Origin: an uncultured Candidatus Saccharibacteria bacterium
GTDB lineage: Bacteria > Patescibacteriota > Minisyncoccia > Phycocordibacterales > JACOZG01
Reading direction: 5' to 3'
Assembly (NCBI GenBank): GCA_964399075.1
Contig: CAYNPK010000003.1
Location: 6,306 to 70,305, forward strand
DNA: 64,000 bases
Of the stretch, positions 10,016 through 18,931 are shown one piece after another; position 1 is the first letter of the stretch; each line of letters starts with the position of its first letter. Below the pieces are notes generated by a model, which saw nothing but the letters and a program-made list of their open reading frames with translations, did no database searches and had not been told where the DNA came from. A program made the position numbers and the translations under genes.

Positions 10016-11359
10016 ATGACCAAGCCACTAATTTCCATCGTTTTAGGTAGTTACAACAGAAAATCTTTCCTCAAAAAAACAATCAAAACAATAAGGGAAA
10101 ATGAGATCTCTGTTCCATTCGAGATCATTGTCATTGATGGCGGATCTACTGACGGAAGCGTTCGATATCTTTCTTCCCAAAAAGACATAGTAACGATAAT
10201 TCAACATAATCGTGGTTTTTGGAAAGGGAAGAAGATTAAAAAAAGAAACTGGGGTTATTACATGAACATAGCTTTTCAGGCTACTCATGGAAAATATGTT
10301 GTTATGGTTTCTGATGATTGCCTCATCGTCTCCGGATCAATTATGAATGCCTACAATCTCTTTGAACGTGAGACGAGGCAAGGAAATAAAGTTGGCGGAA
10401 TAGCCTTTTATTGGAGAAATCTACCGTATGAAAAAATATATTACGTCCGTCAAACTCTTGGACATAAGTTATCAATAAATCATGGTATGTATTTGAAAAA
10501 AGCTTTGGAAGAGGTCGGTTTCTGCGAGGAAGAAAAATATCCCTTCTATTACGGAGATGGGGATCTTTCCTTAAAACTTTGGAGGTCGGGCTATTTAATC
10601 ATTGATTGCAAAGAATCTTTTGTTGAACATTTTCACTTTTCGGGCATGAAGATTAGACAAGAAAATAGTACACAAAAAGAGAAATATAAAAAAATCTACA
10701 TGGAGTCATGGAAGGGTATATTCTATGATGAAAAGATTGATAATCAAAGTGGCAAGATTTTCCTAAATTATAAAGATCCACACAACATCGCCAGACTTTT
10801 TAAGTCTAGCCCTTGGTATTATATTGGTATTCTACAATCAAAACTTATTAGGTTATATGGGTATGAAAGAAAACGACCAAATAGATTACCAAGTATTGAG
10901 ATGCTGTCTAATTATTCAAACATTAAACATCTGCTTTCAAAGTTCAAAATTATACCAGAACAGTTGTGTTTTTTTGCCCTAATCAAACAAAACGACCAAA
11001 TACTAATGGGACTTAGAGAGTATCGAAAAGATAACCCAGTATGGACATATCCTGGCGGTCGTAGCGTGCCCGGAGAAACAATGCTGGAATCATTGAAAAG
11101 AGAAATAAAAGAAGAAATTGGGGTGAAAAATCCTGAATTTGTAAAGGTTATTGGCCAAAAAAACGGAGTAAAAGAAGGAGATAGAGTTTATTTCATTGAA
11201 TGTAAGATCTCTGAGAAACCTCAACTTATGGAACCAGAAAAATTTAAGGAATGGAAATGGTTTCCAATTAATGGACTACCAGAAAACCTTATTGACCAAA
11301 AAGATGCCGAGATTATAAAAAGACTTATGCCATTAAAATTGCCCCAAATTACAAACTAA
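10016..11359 (+). CDS. GT2 glycosyltransferase fused to a C-terminal NUDIX domain
   Basis: ISIVLGSYNR, VIDGGSTDGS, SDD; C-terminal WTYPGGRSVPGETMLESLKREIKEEIG and EPEK. Confidence 0.85.
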   Translation: MTKPLISIVLGSYNRKSFLKKTIKTIRENEISVPFEIIVIDGGSTDGSVRYLSSQKDIVTIIQHNRGFWKGKKIKKRNWGYYMNIAFQATHGKYVVMVSDDCLIVSGSIMNAYNLFERETRQGNKVGGIAFYWRNLPYEKIYYVRQTLGHKLSINHGMYLKKALEEVGFCEEEKYPFYYGDGDLSLKLWRSGYLIIDCKESFVEHFHFSGMKIRQENSTQKEKYKKIYMESWKGIFYDEKIDNQSGKIFLNYKDPHNIARLFKSSPWYYIGILQSKLIRLYGYERKRPNRLPSIEMLSNYSNIKHLLSKFKIIPEQLCFFALIKQNDQILMGLREYRKDNPVWTYPGGRSVPGETMLESLKREIKEEIGVKNPEFVKVIGQKNGVKEGDRVYFIECKISEKPQLMEPEKFKEWKWFPINGLPENLIDQKDAEIIKRLMPLKLPQITN

Positions 11360-11497
11360 CTCAATCATTCTTATTTGAACGCTAGTCACCTCTGAAATGA
11401 TCATGTTGAGGATAGTAGATGAGACGCATTCAACGACTTCGTAACCCTGAACTACGGTGGTCGCCTTGGATCAATCCAAGCTCTTTAGTTTTCACAG

Positions 11498-11905
11498 CTA
11501 CAAAACAATGTCTTCTAGAACTTCTATCTTTAATAATTCACCAGATCGATCAAGATAGATACAAATTGCGTCAACTTGCCAATCAATCTCATCATCAATG
11601 TCCTTATGCATCAGATAGGTCTCAATCACTCGACGCAAGCGTTTGAGCTTCCAGGGATGCAGATTATCTTCCGGCTCATAATCATCGCCATGATTATGAG
11701 CCTGTTCGGCCAAAATTAGTTTGTCACGGACAACAGTTTTAACTTCCACAAAGCGTAAATCATTCCCCCGCTGGGCGACAATATCTATTTCTCCCCATTT
11801 GCGCCAATAATTTCTATCCACGATCTGATAACCCTGTCTCTTTAAAAAGTCACAGCTTAAGTCCTCCCCTTTTTGTCCGATTAGTTGTTTGGCAGTTTGA
11901 GACAT
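11498..11905 (-). CDS. yraN: YraN family endonuclease
   Basis: GQKGEDL...NYWRKWGEIDIVA...FVEVK. Confidence 0.92.
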   Translation of the reverse strand: MSQTAKQLIGQKGEDLSCDFLKRQGYQIVDRNYWRKWGEIDIVAQRGNDLRFVEVKTVVRDKLILAEQAHNHGDDYEPEDNLHPWKLKRLRRVIETYLMHKDIDDEIDWQVDAICIYLDRSGELLKIEVLEDIVL

Positions 11906-11991
11906 GGTTAAATGTGTCCTTTATACACAGTATCCCCAGAGTTATCCCCAGAATTTCCTAAGTTTAGCACTTTATTGTATTGTATAGCTAC

Positions 11992-12063
11992 GCCTCCGTG
12001 GTGAAATGGATATCACAACGGTCTTCGGAACCGTTATTGTGGGTTCGAATCCTGCCGGAGGCA
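11992..12063 (+). tRNA. tRNA-Arg(TCG)
   Basis: GCCTCCG...CGGAGGC-A; anticodon arm ACGGT-ct-TCG-ga-ACCGT. Confidence 0.93.
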
Positions 12064-12133
12064 TTAGATAAGATTGGAAATTCTTAAAGTTATTGCTATA
12101 ATACTAGCCATTAGATAATTTAGATAATTTAAG

Positions 12134-12204
12134 GCGGGTATGGTTTAGTGGTAGAACACGTCCTTGCCAAGGACGAGACGGGAGTTCGATTCTCCCTACC
12201 CGCA
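12134..12204 (+). tRNA. tRNA-Gly(GCC)
   Basis: GCGGGTA...TACCCGC-A; anticodon arm CGTCC-tt-GCC-aa-GGACG. Confidence 0.94.
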
Positions 12205-12240
12205 CCGAAACAACCTGTTAACTGTTAACTATAATTAAAT

Positions 12241-13710
12241 ATGATTAAACTCGATATCCCCTCCCCCGTTTCACGTATAACAGAAACCCTACAAAAGGGT
12301 GGTTTTTCTGCCTATTTGGTTGGCGGTTGCGTTAGAGATCTTATTTTAGGCCGTGAACCAGCAGATTGGGATGTTACGACCAACGCCACACCACCCCAGA
12401 TTATGGGTTTATTCTCTAAAACTTTTTATGAAAACAAGTTTGGTACAGTCACGATTGATAATGAAGATGTAACAGAACCCAATCTCCGTTTCGTGGAAGT
12501 AACCCCTTTCCGACTAGAAACCACCTACTCTGATCGACGTCACCCGGATGAAGTGCTCTGGAGTGATAATCTAGAAGATGATCTCAAGAGACGAGATTTC
12601 ACGATTAACGCTCTGGCTTATGATCCGACTAGTAATAAACTAGAAGATTTCTTCAAGGGTCAGGAGGATCTAAAAAACAAATTAATCAAGGCGGTTGGTA
12701 ATCCTAGTGAAAGATTTGATGAAGATCCCCTAAGGATGATGCGAGCGGTGCGTTTAGCCTCACAAACTGGTTTCATGATTAACAACGAGACGGTTGAGGC
12801 GATTGAAAAACAGGCTGCTTTGATTAAAAAGATATCTATAGAGAGAATTAGAGATGAATTTATTAAAATAATTTTATCACCGGAGCCAATGTTGGGTCTT
12901 ATTTTAAGCCAAAAATTGGGTCTTCTGAAGCATTTTGTTCCAGAATTAGAAGAAGGAATAGGCATAGACCAAAATAGCGACCATAAATATGACGTTTGGG
13001 GACATATTTTACGCGCCTTGCAACATTCAGCGACTAAAAATTATGAACTAGAAGTCAGGCTCTCTGCTCTGTTTCATGATATTGGCAAGCCAAGAACCAG
13101 ACAATGGAGCGACGAAAAGAAAGATTGGACTTTCTACGGCCACGAGGTGGTAGGCGCTAAAATGGTGGACAAAATTCTAAAGAGACTCAAGTTTCCTGGC
13201 AAAACGATTGATAATGTTAATAACTTGGTCCGTAATCATATGTTTTTCAGTGATATTGATAAAATTACCCTTTCGGCAGTTAGACGAATTATTCGCAATG
13301 TTGGCCGAGAACATATTTGGGAATTAATGGAAGTGCGAACTTGTGACCGAATTGGCATGGGCCGACCGAAAGAAAGCCCCTATCGCCTACGCAAATACCA
13401 ATCAATGATCGAAGAAGCCTTACGAGATCCAACTTCAGTAGGAATGCTAAAAATAGATGGAAAACAAGTTATTCATGAAACAGGCTTAAACCCGGGACCC
13501 AAAATAGGCTTTATTTTGCACGCTTTACTGGAAGAAATCCTGGAGAAACCAGATTTAAACACCGAAAAGTATCTTGTGAAACGCGTTAAAGAAATGGCCA
13601 AACTAGAAGATCAAGACTTAAAAAATTTAGGAGAAAAGGGCCGAGAGAAGAAACAAGAGATAGAAGAAACCGAATTAAAAAAGATTCGAGATAAGTTCCA
13701 CGTGAAATAA
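12241..13710 (+). CDS. cca: CCA tRNA nucleotidyltransferase with HD domain
   Basis: VGGCVRD, DWDVTT, RRDFTINA, EDPLRMMRAVR, ERIRDE, FHDIGKP. Confidence 0.92.
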   Translation: MIKLDIPSPVSRITETLQKGGFSAYLVGGCVRDLILGREPADWDVTTNATPPQIMGLFSKTFYENKFGTVTIDNEDVTEPNLRFVEVTPFRLETTYSDRRHPDEVLWSDNLEDDLKRRDFTINALAYDPTSNKLEDFFKGQEDLKNKLIKAVGNPSERFDEDPLRMMRAVRLASQTGFMINNETVEAIEKQAALIKKISIERIRDEFIKIILSPEPMLGLILSQKLGLLKHFVPELEEGIGIDQNSDHKYDVWGHILRALQHSATKNYELEVRLSALFHDIGKPRTRQWSDEKKDWTFYGHEVVGAKMVDKILKRLKFPGKTIDNVNNLVRNHMFFSDIDKITLSAVRRIIRNVGREHIWELMEVRTCDRIGMGRPKESPYRLRKYQSMIEEALRDPTSVGMLKIDGKQVIHETGLNPGPKIGFILHALLEEILEKPDLNTEKYLVKRVKEMAKLEDQDLKNLGEKGREKKQEIEETELKKIRDKFHVK

Positions 13711-13830
13711 TTTATAAAAACGAAAGGCGTCCGCCGAAAGTGGGGGACGCCGTGGCCGCTACTCAAAGATGTAGAGATATAGTGGATAAAAATTTTCTAC
13801 ACCGGAGGCGTTACCGATATGGACCAGATC

Positions 13831-13859
13831 ATGTCTGATAAGATTATATTATCGGACAA
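13831..13859. promoter_or_regulatory. Xer/dif-like palindrome overlapping a minus-strand promoter
   Basis: ATGTCTGATAA-gattata-TTATCGGACAA; minus-strand TTGTCT-17-TATAAT. Confidence 0.5.
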
Positions 13860-13889
13860 ACTAAAAGACAAGATGAAGTTGTGGATAAC

Positions 13890-14786
13890 TTATTTTATTT
13901 TGCGACGGTGGAAGGATTTGTGGATATCTCGTAAATGTTTATCAGTAACATGAGTATAAACTTGAGTAGTAGCAATATTAGCGTGCCCCAACATTAATTG
14001 AACAGAGCGGATATCAGCGCCATTGCTTAATAAATCAGTGGCGAAGCTGTGGCGCAAAGTATGAGGGGTCACTTTTTTAGAAATACCAGCCTTAATAGCG
14101 TAAAATTTAACGATTCTCTCAACGCTTCTGGGAGTTAGGCGACCGCGTTCAGATCCTTCATTAATTCTAGTTTTCAGATTAACAAACATCGCCTCGTTCA
14201 GATCCTGGCGGCTATTTAAATAGCTTTTTAGGGCTGTTTTAGCCTCGGGAGAGATGAAAACGACTCTAATCTTCTCGCCCTTACCACGCACCGTGAACTC
14301 ATCTTGATTGAAGTTGATACTATCTCTGTCTAGATTACAAAGCTCAGAAACCCGCAAACCAGTAGAAAAGAGAAGTTCTAACATCGCCTTATCTCTTAAA
14401 GACTTCTCATCTTTGCCTTTAGCAGTAATAGCTAGAAGGCGAGTCAAATCATCCTCATCGATTAAATCGAGCTCTCTGGCGCTAGTTTTAGCCAATTCAA
14501 TACGATTAGCCGGCAAACTGCTGACAGCTCGTAATTCTAGGTACTTAAGAAAGGTTCTTAGGGCAATTAAGTGATAGTTCTGGGTATTCTTCTTAAGTCC
14601 TTTACGATTCAACCACAAGCGGTATTGGCGGATGATATCATCATCAATACTCTCTGGGTGCTTAATTTGAGCAAAGTCCAAAAAACGGCCTAGATAATAG
14701 TCATAATTCACAACCGTCTTCAAACTACGACCACGTTCGATCTCTAAATATTCCAAAAAATCGCGTTTAAGTTTACTTAGTTCCAT
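13890..14786 (-). CDS. xerD: XerC/XerD-type tyrosine recombinase
   Basis: STGLRVSEL, GKGEKIR, TPHTLRHSFATDLL, LGHANIATTQVY. Confidence 0.9.
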   Translation of the reverse strand: MELSKLKRDFLEYLEIERGRSLKTVVNYDYYLGRFLDFAQIKHPESIDDDIIRQYRLWLNRKGLKKNTQNYHLIALRTFLKYLELRAVSSLPANRIELAKTSARELDLIDEDDLTRLLAITAKGKDEKSLRDKAMLELLFSTGLRVSELCNLDRDSINFNQDEFTVRGKGEKIRVVFISPEAKTALKSYLNSRQDLNEAMFVNLKTRINEGSERGRLTPRSVERIVKFYAIKAGISKKVTPHTLRHSFATDLLSNGADIRSVQLMLGHANIATTQVYTHVTDKHLRDIHKSFHRRKIK

Positions 14787-15129
14787 ATCTATCTATTATA
14801 TCAGTAACCACCCCTGAAACTTCCTCATTTTTAAACCTAATTTCAGCAATATTTAAACTTTTCAAAAAATCAGTTCTTTCTTTGTCATACACCTTAGCAT
14901 CAACCGAATCATGGGTTTTGCCATCAAGTTCAATTGCTAATCTGATTTTGGGACAATAAAAGTCAAGAATATACGGACCAACACTATATTGACGGTAAAA
15001 TTTTAAACCTTTTACTTGGCGATTCGAGAGCTCCCGCCAAAGCGCTTTTTCCGGTTCTGTCTGATTCCGACGGAGTTCTCGCCGACGGTCTCGTAAAATC
15101 TTGTTATTGTAGAGAATCTTGATTTTCAT
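14773..15129 (-). CDS. DUF559 / Vsr-like endonuclease domain protein
   Basis: RELRRNQTEPEKALW, KFYRQY, YILDFYC, IELDG, DKERTDFL. Confidence 0.92.
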   Translation of the reverse strand: MKIKILYNNKILRDRRRELRRNQTEPEKALWRELSNRQVKGLKFYRQYSVGPYILDFYCPKIRLAIELDGKTHDSVDAKVYDKERTDFLKSLNIAEIRFKNEEVSGVVTDIIDRYGTK

Positions 15130-15230
15130 AACTCCCCCTGACCCCCTCTTACCTTAAGAGGGGGAATGCGGACACCTATAATTGTAGCATCCGATTGCCC
15201 CCTTAAGATAAGGGGGGTTGGGGGTTATGA
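15126..15230. repeat. Inverted pair of GC-rich REP-like palindromes
   Basis: TCATAACTCCCCCTGACCCCCTCTTACCTTAAGAGGGGG (15126-15164) vs CCCCCTTAAGATAAGGGGGGTTGGGGGTTATGA (15198-15230). Confidence 0.75.
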
Positions 15231-15306
15231 AATGTTGGGCTTTTTGTAAGCGAACAAAAAAGTGTTATCATTATATTTATTATTATAAGATAAGTTAATA
15301 TATTTT

Positions 15307-15783
15307 ATGTTAGAAAATTTTCATAATAATTCAGGAGATCCAGAATACGCGAGAAAAGATATCAGGGATGGACTTAACGAATATGAAGAATCTAAACAAA
15401 AGCCTAAACAAGAGACACATCCCGCGACCATACCTGGCCCAGACAAAATTCGTACGGAAATCGTTCTCGGTGACTACGGCTTCCCAGGGGCACATGGCAG
15501 TGGTGATTTTAGAAAAATCGACCAAGATGAACTTGGATTATTGATTAGAGATCTTTCAACTGATAAAGGTCTTATTAAAAACGCCGAGGCAAGAGATGAG
15601 CTTAGAGCTGCAAATGAGGCATTGGCGTTCTGCGAGAGAGGCTTTTCTGTAGAGATGTGCAAGGTGAATGATGACCCGTTTTATTATTTTTCAGTACAAG
15701 CATACTTACCAGATGAGTATCCTTCGGGTCGTACAAAAGAGGACAGGAAGGCGATAATTAACGACCTAAAAAATAGTTTATAA
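15307..15783 (+). CDS. Hypothetical acidic protein
   Basis: 158-aa ORF after AT-rich upstream region; no recognised motif. Confidence 0.7.
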   Translation: MLENFHNNSGDPEYARKDIRDGLNEYEESKQKPKQETHPATIPGPDKIRTEIVLGDYGFPGAHGSGDFRKIDQDELGLLIRDLSTDKGLIKNAEARDELRAANEALAFCERGFSVEMCKVNDDPFYYFSVQAYLPDEYPSGRTKEDRKAIINDLKNSL

Positions 15784-15875
15784 GAAGGTTATTCCCCACT
15801 TTCAAATTCAAAGTTTTCCGTATCAATCTGGTTTGGACCTTGCTTTTTAAACTGGATATGCTATCATTTGAGACA

Positions 15876-16106
15876 ATGCTAGCAACCAAGAAAAAGCAGG
15901 TTTTAATAAAAAAAACTCGGGTTCACGAAAAGGACACGGGTTCTTCGGCGGTGCAAGTAGCTATTTTAAGCGAGCGGATAGACGAATTAGCCAAACATTT
16001 GAAAAAGAATCCTAAAGACGAGCATTCTCGACGCGGATTGTTGAAGCTTGTCGCCAAACGACGTTCTCACGAAAAATATCTTGCTACCAAAAAAGCTAAA
16101 CTTTAG
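15876..16106 (+). CDS. rpsO: 30S ribosomal protein S15 (short C-terminus)
   Basis: [15 protein letters not shown]...[23 protein letters not shown]. Confidence 0.95.
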   Translation: MLATKKKQVLIKKTRVHEKDTGSSAVQVAILSERIDELAKHLKKNPKDEHSRRGLLKLVAKRRSHEKYLATKKAKL

Positions 16107-16124
16107 TAATTAGTTTTTATCGAC

Positions 16125-16718
16125 ATGGGAATAATTAAACATCGAGGCCAGCGTATTGCGGTTTTTATTGACACGCAAAATTTATATCATTGCGCGAAAA
16201 ACCTTTATCAAGCTAGGGTTAACTTTGCAGCCATTCTGAAAGACGCTGTAGCTGACAGAAATCTCGTTCGAGCTATTGCTTATATGGTGACAACAGAAAG
16301 CGGGGAAGAGAAAAATTTCTTAGAATCTCTCCATAAAATGGGGATAGAGGTAAAAACCAAAGATTTACAAATCTTTTCTGGTGGCGCCAAGAAAGCAGAC
16401 TGGGATGTGGGTTTGGCAGTTGACGCGATCAAAGTGGCTTCTAAGGTTGATGCGGTGATTATCGCCTCCGGCGATGGCGACTTTGTGCCACTAGTTGATT
16501 ACTTAAAGATTCACGCCGGAACTCAAGTAGAAATAATCGCTTTTGGCAAAAGCACCTCCGGCCGACTTAAAGAAGTGGCTGATGACTTTATTGACCTAGG
16601 TGATAATCCTAGAAAATACTTACTCGGATCAAACAATGGCTCTTCTCGTCGACGTCGACGAGCAGGTGCTTCCGGATCTAAGACAAAAAACAGTGAACAA
16701 GTAACTAACGCTGTCTAA
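16125..16718 (+). CDS. NYN domain (LabA/DUF88) protein
   Basis: VFIDTQNLY, KKADWDVGLAVD, SGDGDFVPLV. Confidence 0.92.
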   Translation: MGIIKHRGQRIAVFIDTQNLYHCAKNLYQARVNFAAILKDAVADRNLVRAIAYMVTTESGEEKNFLESLHKMGIEVKTKDLQIFSGGAKKADWDVGLAVDAIKVASKVDAVIIASGDGDFVPLVDYLKIHAGTQVEIIAFGKSTSGRLKEVADDFIDLGDNPRKYLLGSNNGSSRRRRRAGASGSKTKNSEQVTNAV

Positions 16719-16815
16719 AAAAACAAAAGATAACAAAATAAGATAAGATTTAATAATCTAGACTAGTGTAGACTAGTAAGCTAAGGGCCTTTTATAGTAT
16801 AATAAATGGTAAATT

Positions 16816-17322
16816 ATGCCTGACACCAATGATGATTTACAAACCAAATTAGAAGAAGCGCGACGCGCCCTAGAAGGTGAGGAGCATGCGGCCAAACGTG
16901 AGCAACAAGAGAAAGCTCAAGCGGTTCAATCTAGGCGGGAAGCTCTGGAAAAAAGATTAGAAACAATAGCAAAAGATAAAGAAGTCTTAGAATTAGCTTG
17001 GATTGACTTGGATAGTACTCGCAAGGCTATTCGAGTTAATCTTAATCCAATTATTGAGGAAGAAAAAAAACTAGAGATAGAAGAATCTAAATTAGAAACA
17101 GAGGAAGCTTCTATTGGAGTAGAAGAGGAGAAACATAAAGTGGAAGAACAACGTTGGGCAATCCAAACCAAACGACGAGACTCAGAACAAAAGAAATGGC
17201 GAGAAGAAGAAAAATTAATCGCTATTGAAAAAAATATTGAAGTCAACACGACCAAATACCGTCTGCTAATTGACGAGGAAGATAAAATCTTAATTGAGCT
17301 AGAGCAATTAAAATCACAATGA
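16816..17322 (+). CDS. Hypothetical coiled-coil protein
   Basis: E/K/R-rich 168-aa ORF overlapping the next gene by 4 nt. Confidence 0.8.
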   Translation: MPDTNDDLQTKLEEARRALEGEEHAAKREQQEKAQAVQSRREALEKRLETIAKDKEVLELAWIDLDSTRKAIRVNLNPIIEEEKKLEIEESKLETEEASIGVEEEKHKVEEQRWAIQTKRRDSEQKKWREEEKLIAIEKNIEVNTTKYRLLIDEEDKILIELEQLKSQ

Positions 17323-18563
17323 ACGATAGCGCCAATCTAAATCGCCGTCGCGAGGAAGCCAGAGAGGCAATGGAAACTGAAGAACACCGTCAAAAGCGCC
17401 AAACCAGAACTCAAACCTTGGCTAAAAAGAGGGAGCTAGCCAGAGCGGCAATGGAAAGTGTTGACCAACGTCGACGTCATGAATCGAAAAATAAAATCAA
17501 GCGCAATCAGGAAGCTAAGCGCAAGGCGGAGGAGGAGGCTAAACTCCAAGCACTAACCGCGCAAGAACGAACGAAACAAGAAGCCGAAGAAGCTAAACGC
17601 AAGGCGGAGGAGGCAGAAACTAAAGCGCGTCAGCGTAAGCGATCACAGATTGACGAGTCTGAAGAACTAATTGATAAGCTGAAAGTTAGAGAGTCAAAAC
17701 TAAACCCTCTCCGAACTTTAAAGCTGGACATGGCGCGAGCAGTAAAAGAAGAAGGAGTTTCCATTTCTAAAATAGCCACGAGTGAAGAGGCTCGGAGACG
17801 ATTGGGTAAAACTAACCAAGAGAAGCCAGAGCCTGGCGTTTACAGAATTGTCGCTTTAATAATTATTTTAATTGCTATTTCTGGGGGAGCTATTCTCCAA
17901 TGGTCTGGCTATTTTGACTTCCGACAACTCTGGACTAGGCCAACTGATATCGTTACGCCAACAACTTCCCAAACAACGTCTCTCGTTTTTGCTGATCAGG
18001 TAAAGACTTTCGATATTGCCGGCATAATTGACTCGGACGAATTAAGTCAAAGATTAATGACCGAAGCAAAACAAGGTGATTTAAACCGAAGAGCAATTAG
18101 ACACCTCTCTGTTGTGAATAGTGTTAATAATAAAAACTCAATCGCTTGGAGTGAGCTGGTTCAGCGACTGGGACTGCGCTTACCGGACTTGCTGGCCAGA
18201 ACTCTTAACGAGACATTTATGATTGGCGCTTACGGCGAAGCTTCTGGCTCAAATTCAAATTCGATGTTCATTATTCTTAAGCCACGTTCTTATGAACAAG
18301 CTTACGCCTCAATGTTAAATTGGGAAATTGATTTGGTTAGCGACTTGGCGCCAATCTTCCAAGGCAGTCGATTGACAAGCACGCAGACAAGTGGAGTTTT
18401 CAAAGACAGATTAATTCTAAACATCGATACCCGCTACTTAAGTGACAAAGATGGCAAAACGATTATCTTCTACGCCTTTCTGAACAAAGAGACCTTATTA
18501 ATTGCTCAGAATGAAGAAACTTTTATTGAAGTCTTCAATCGGTTTACGACTCCCGGGAACTAG
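17319..18563 (+). CDS. Bitopic membrane protein (coiled-coil N-terminus, TM, extracellular domain)
   Basis: Charged helical N-terminus, LRTLKLDMA motif, single TM. Confidence 0.8.
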   Translation: MNDSANLNRRREEAREAMETEEHRQKRQTRTQTLAKKRELARAAMESVDQRRRHESKNKIKRNQEAKRKAEEEAKLQALTAQERTKQEAEEAKRKAEEAETKARQRKRSQIDESEELIDKLKVRESKLNPLRTLKLDMARAVKEEGVSISKIATSEEARRRLGKTNQEKPEPGVYRIVALIIILIAISGGAILQWSGYFDFRQLWTRPTDIVTPTTSQTTSLVFADQVKTFDIAGIIDSDELSQRLMTEAKQGDLNRRAIRHLSVVNSVNNKNSIAWSELVQRLGLRLPDLLARTLNETFMIGAYGEASGSNSNSMFIILKPRSYEQAYASMLNWEIDLVSDLAPIFQGSRLTSTQTSGVFKDRLILNIDTRYLSDKDGKTIIFYAFLNKETLLIAQNEETFIEVFNRFTTPGN

Positions 18564-18577
18564 AGTATAATTTAATT

Positions 18578-18931
18578 ATGGATACTAAAAAACTGAAAGA
18601 GGCTCTGGAAACAGAACGACAACAACTTGAAGTAGAACTAAAGAAGATTGGCCGAATCAATCCGGAGAATGCTAGCGACTGGGAAGTAACACCCTCAACT
18701 GATTCCGAATCAATTGAGTTTCGTGATGAAGTTGGCGATCAAATAGAAGAGCTTGATACGCGCGAAGCAACCGAAGTGGCCCTAGAACAGCGTTACCGCA
18801 ACATTGTTCGGGCTCTAAACGCTCTGGCTGACGGCTCTTATGGTCAATGCGAAATTTGTCATCAAACAATTGAGAGTGACCGACTAGAAGCCAATCCCTC
18901 AGCGAGAACCTGCAAAGCTCACCGAGAATAA
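18578..18931 (+). CDS. TraR/DksA zinc-finger protein
   Basis: YGQCEICHQTIESDRLEANPSARTCKAH. Confidence 0.88.
   Translation: MDTKKLKEALETERQQLEVELKKIGRINPENASDWEVTPSTDSESIEFRDEVGDQIEELDTREATEVALEQRYRNIVRALNALADGSYGQCEICHQTIESDRLEANPSARTCKAHRE

Noticed and set aside
7314-11497. Integrative element at tRNA-Pro(GGG)
   Set aside because: No integrase and no duplicated tRNA 3' end found at the far side
12109-12232. Short doublets TTAGATAAT x2 and CTGTTAA x2 near tRNA-Gly; TTGTTAT x2 at ~39578
   Set aside because: Two units only in AT-rich DNA; compatible with chance or slippage
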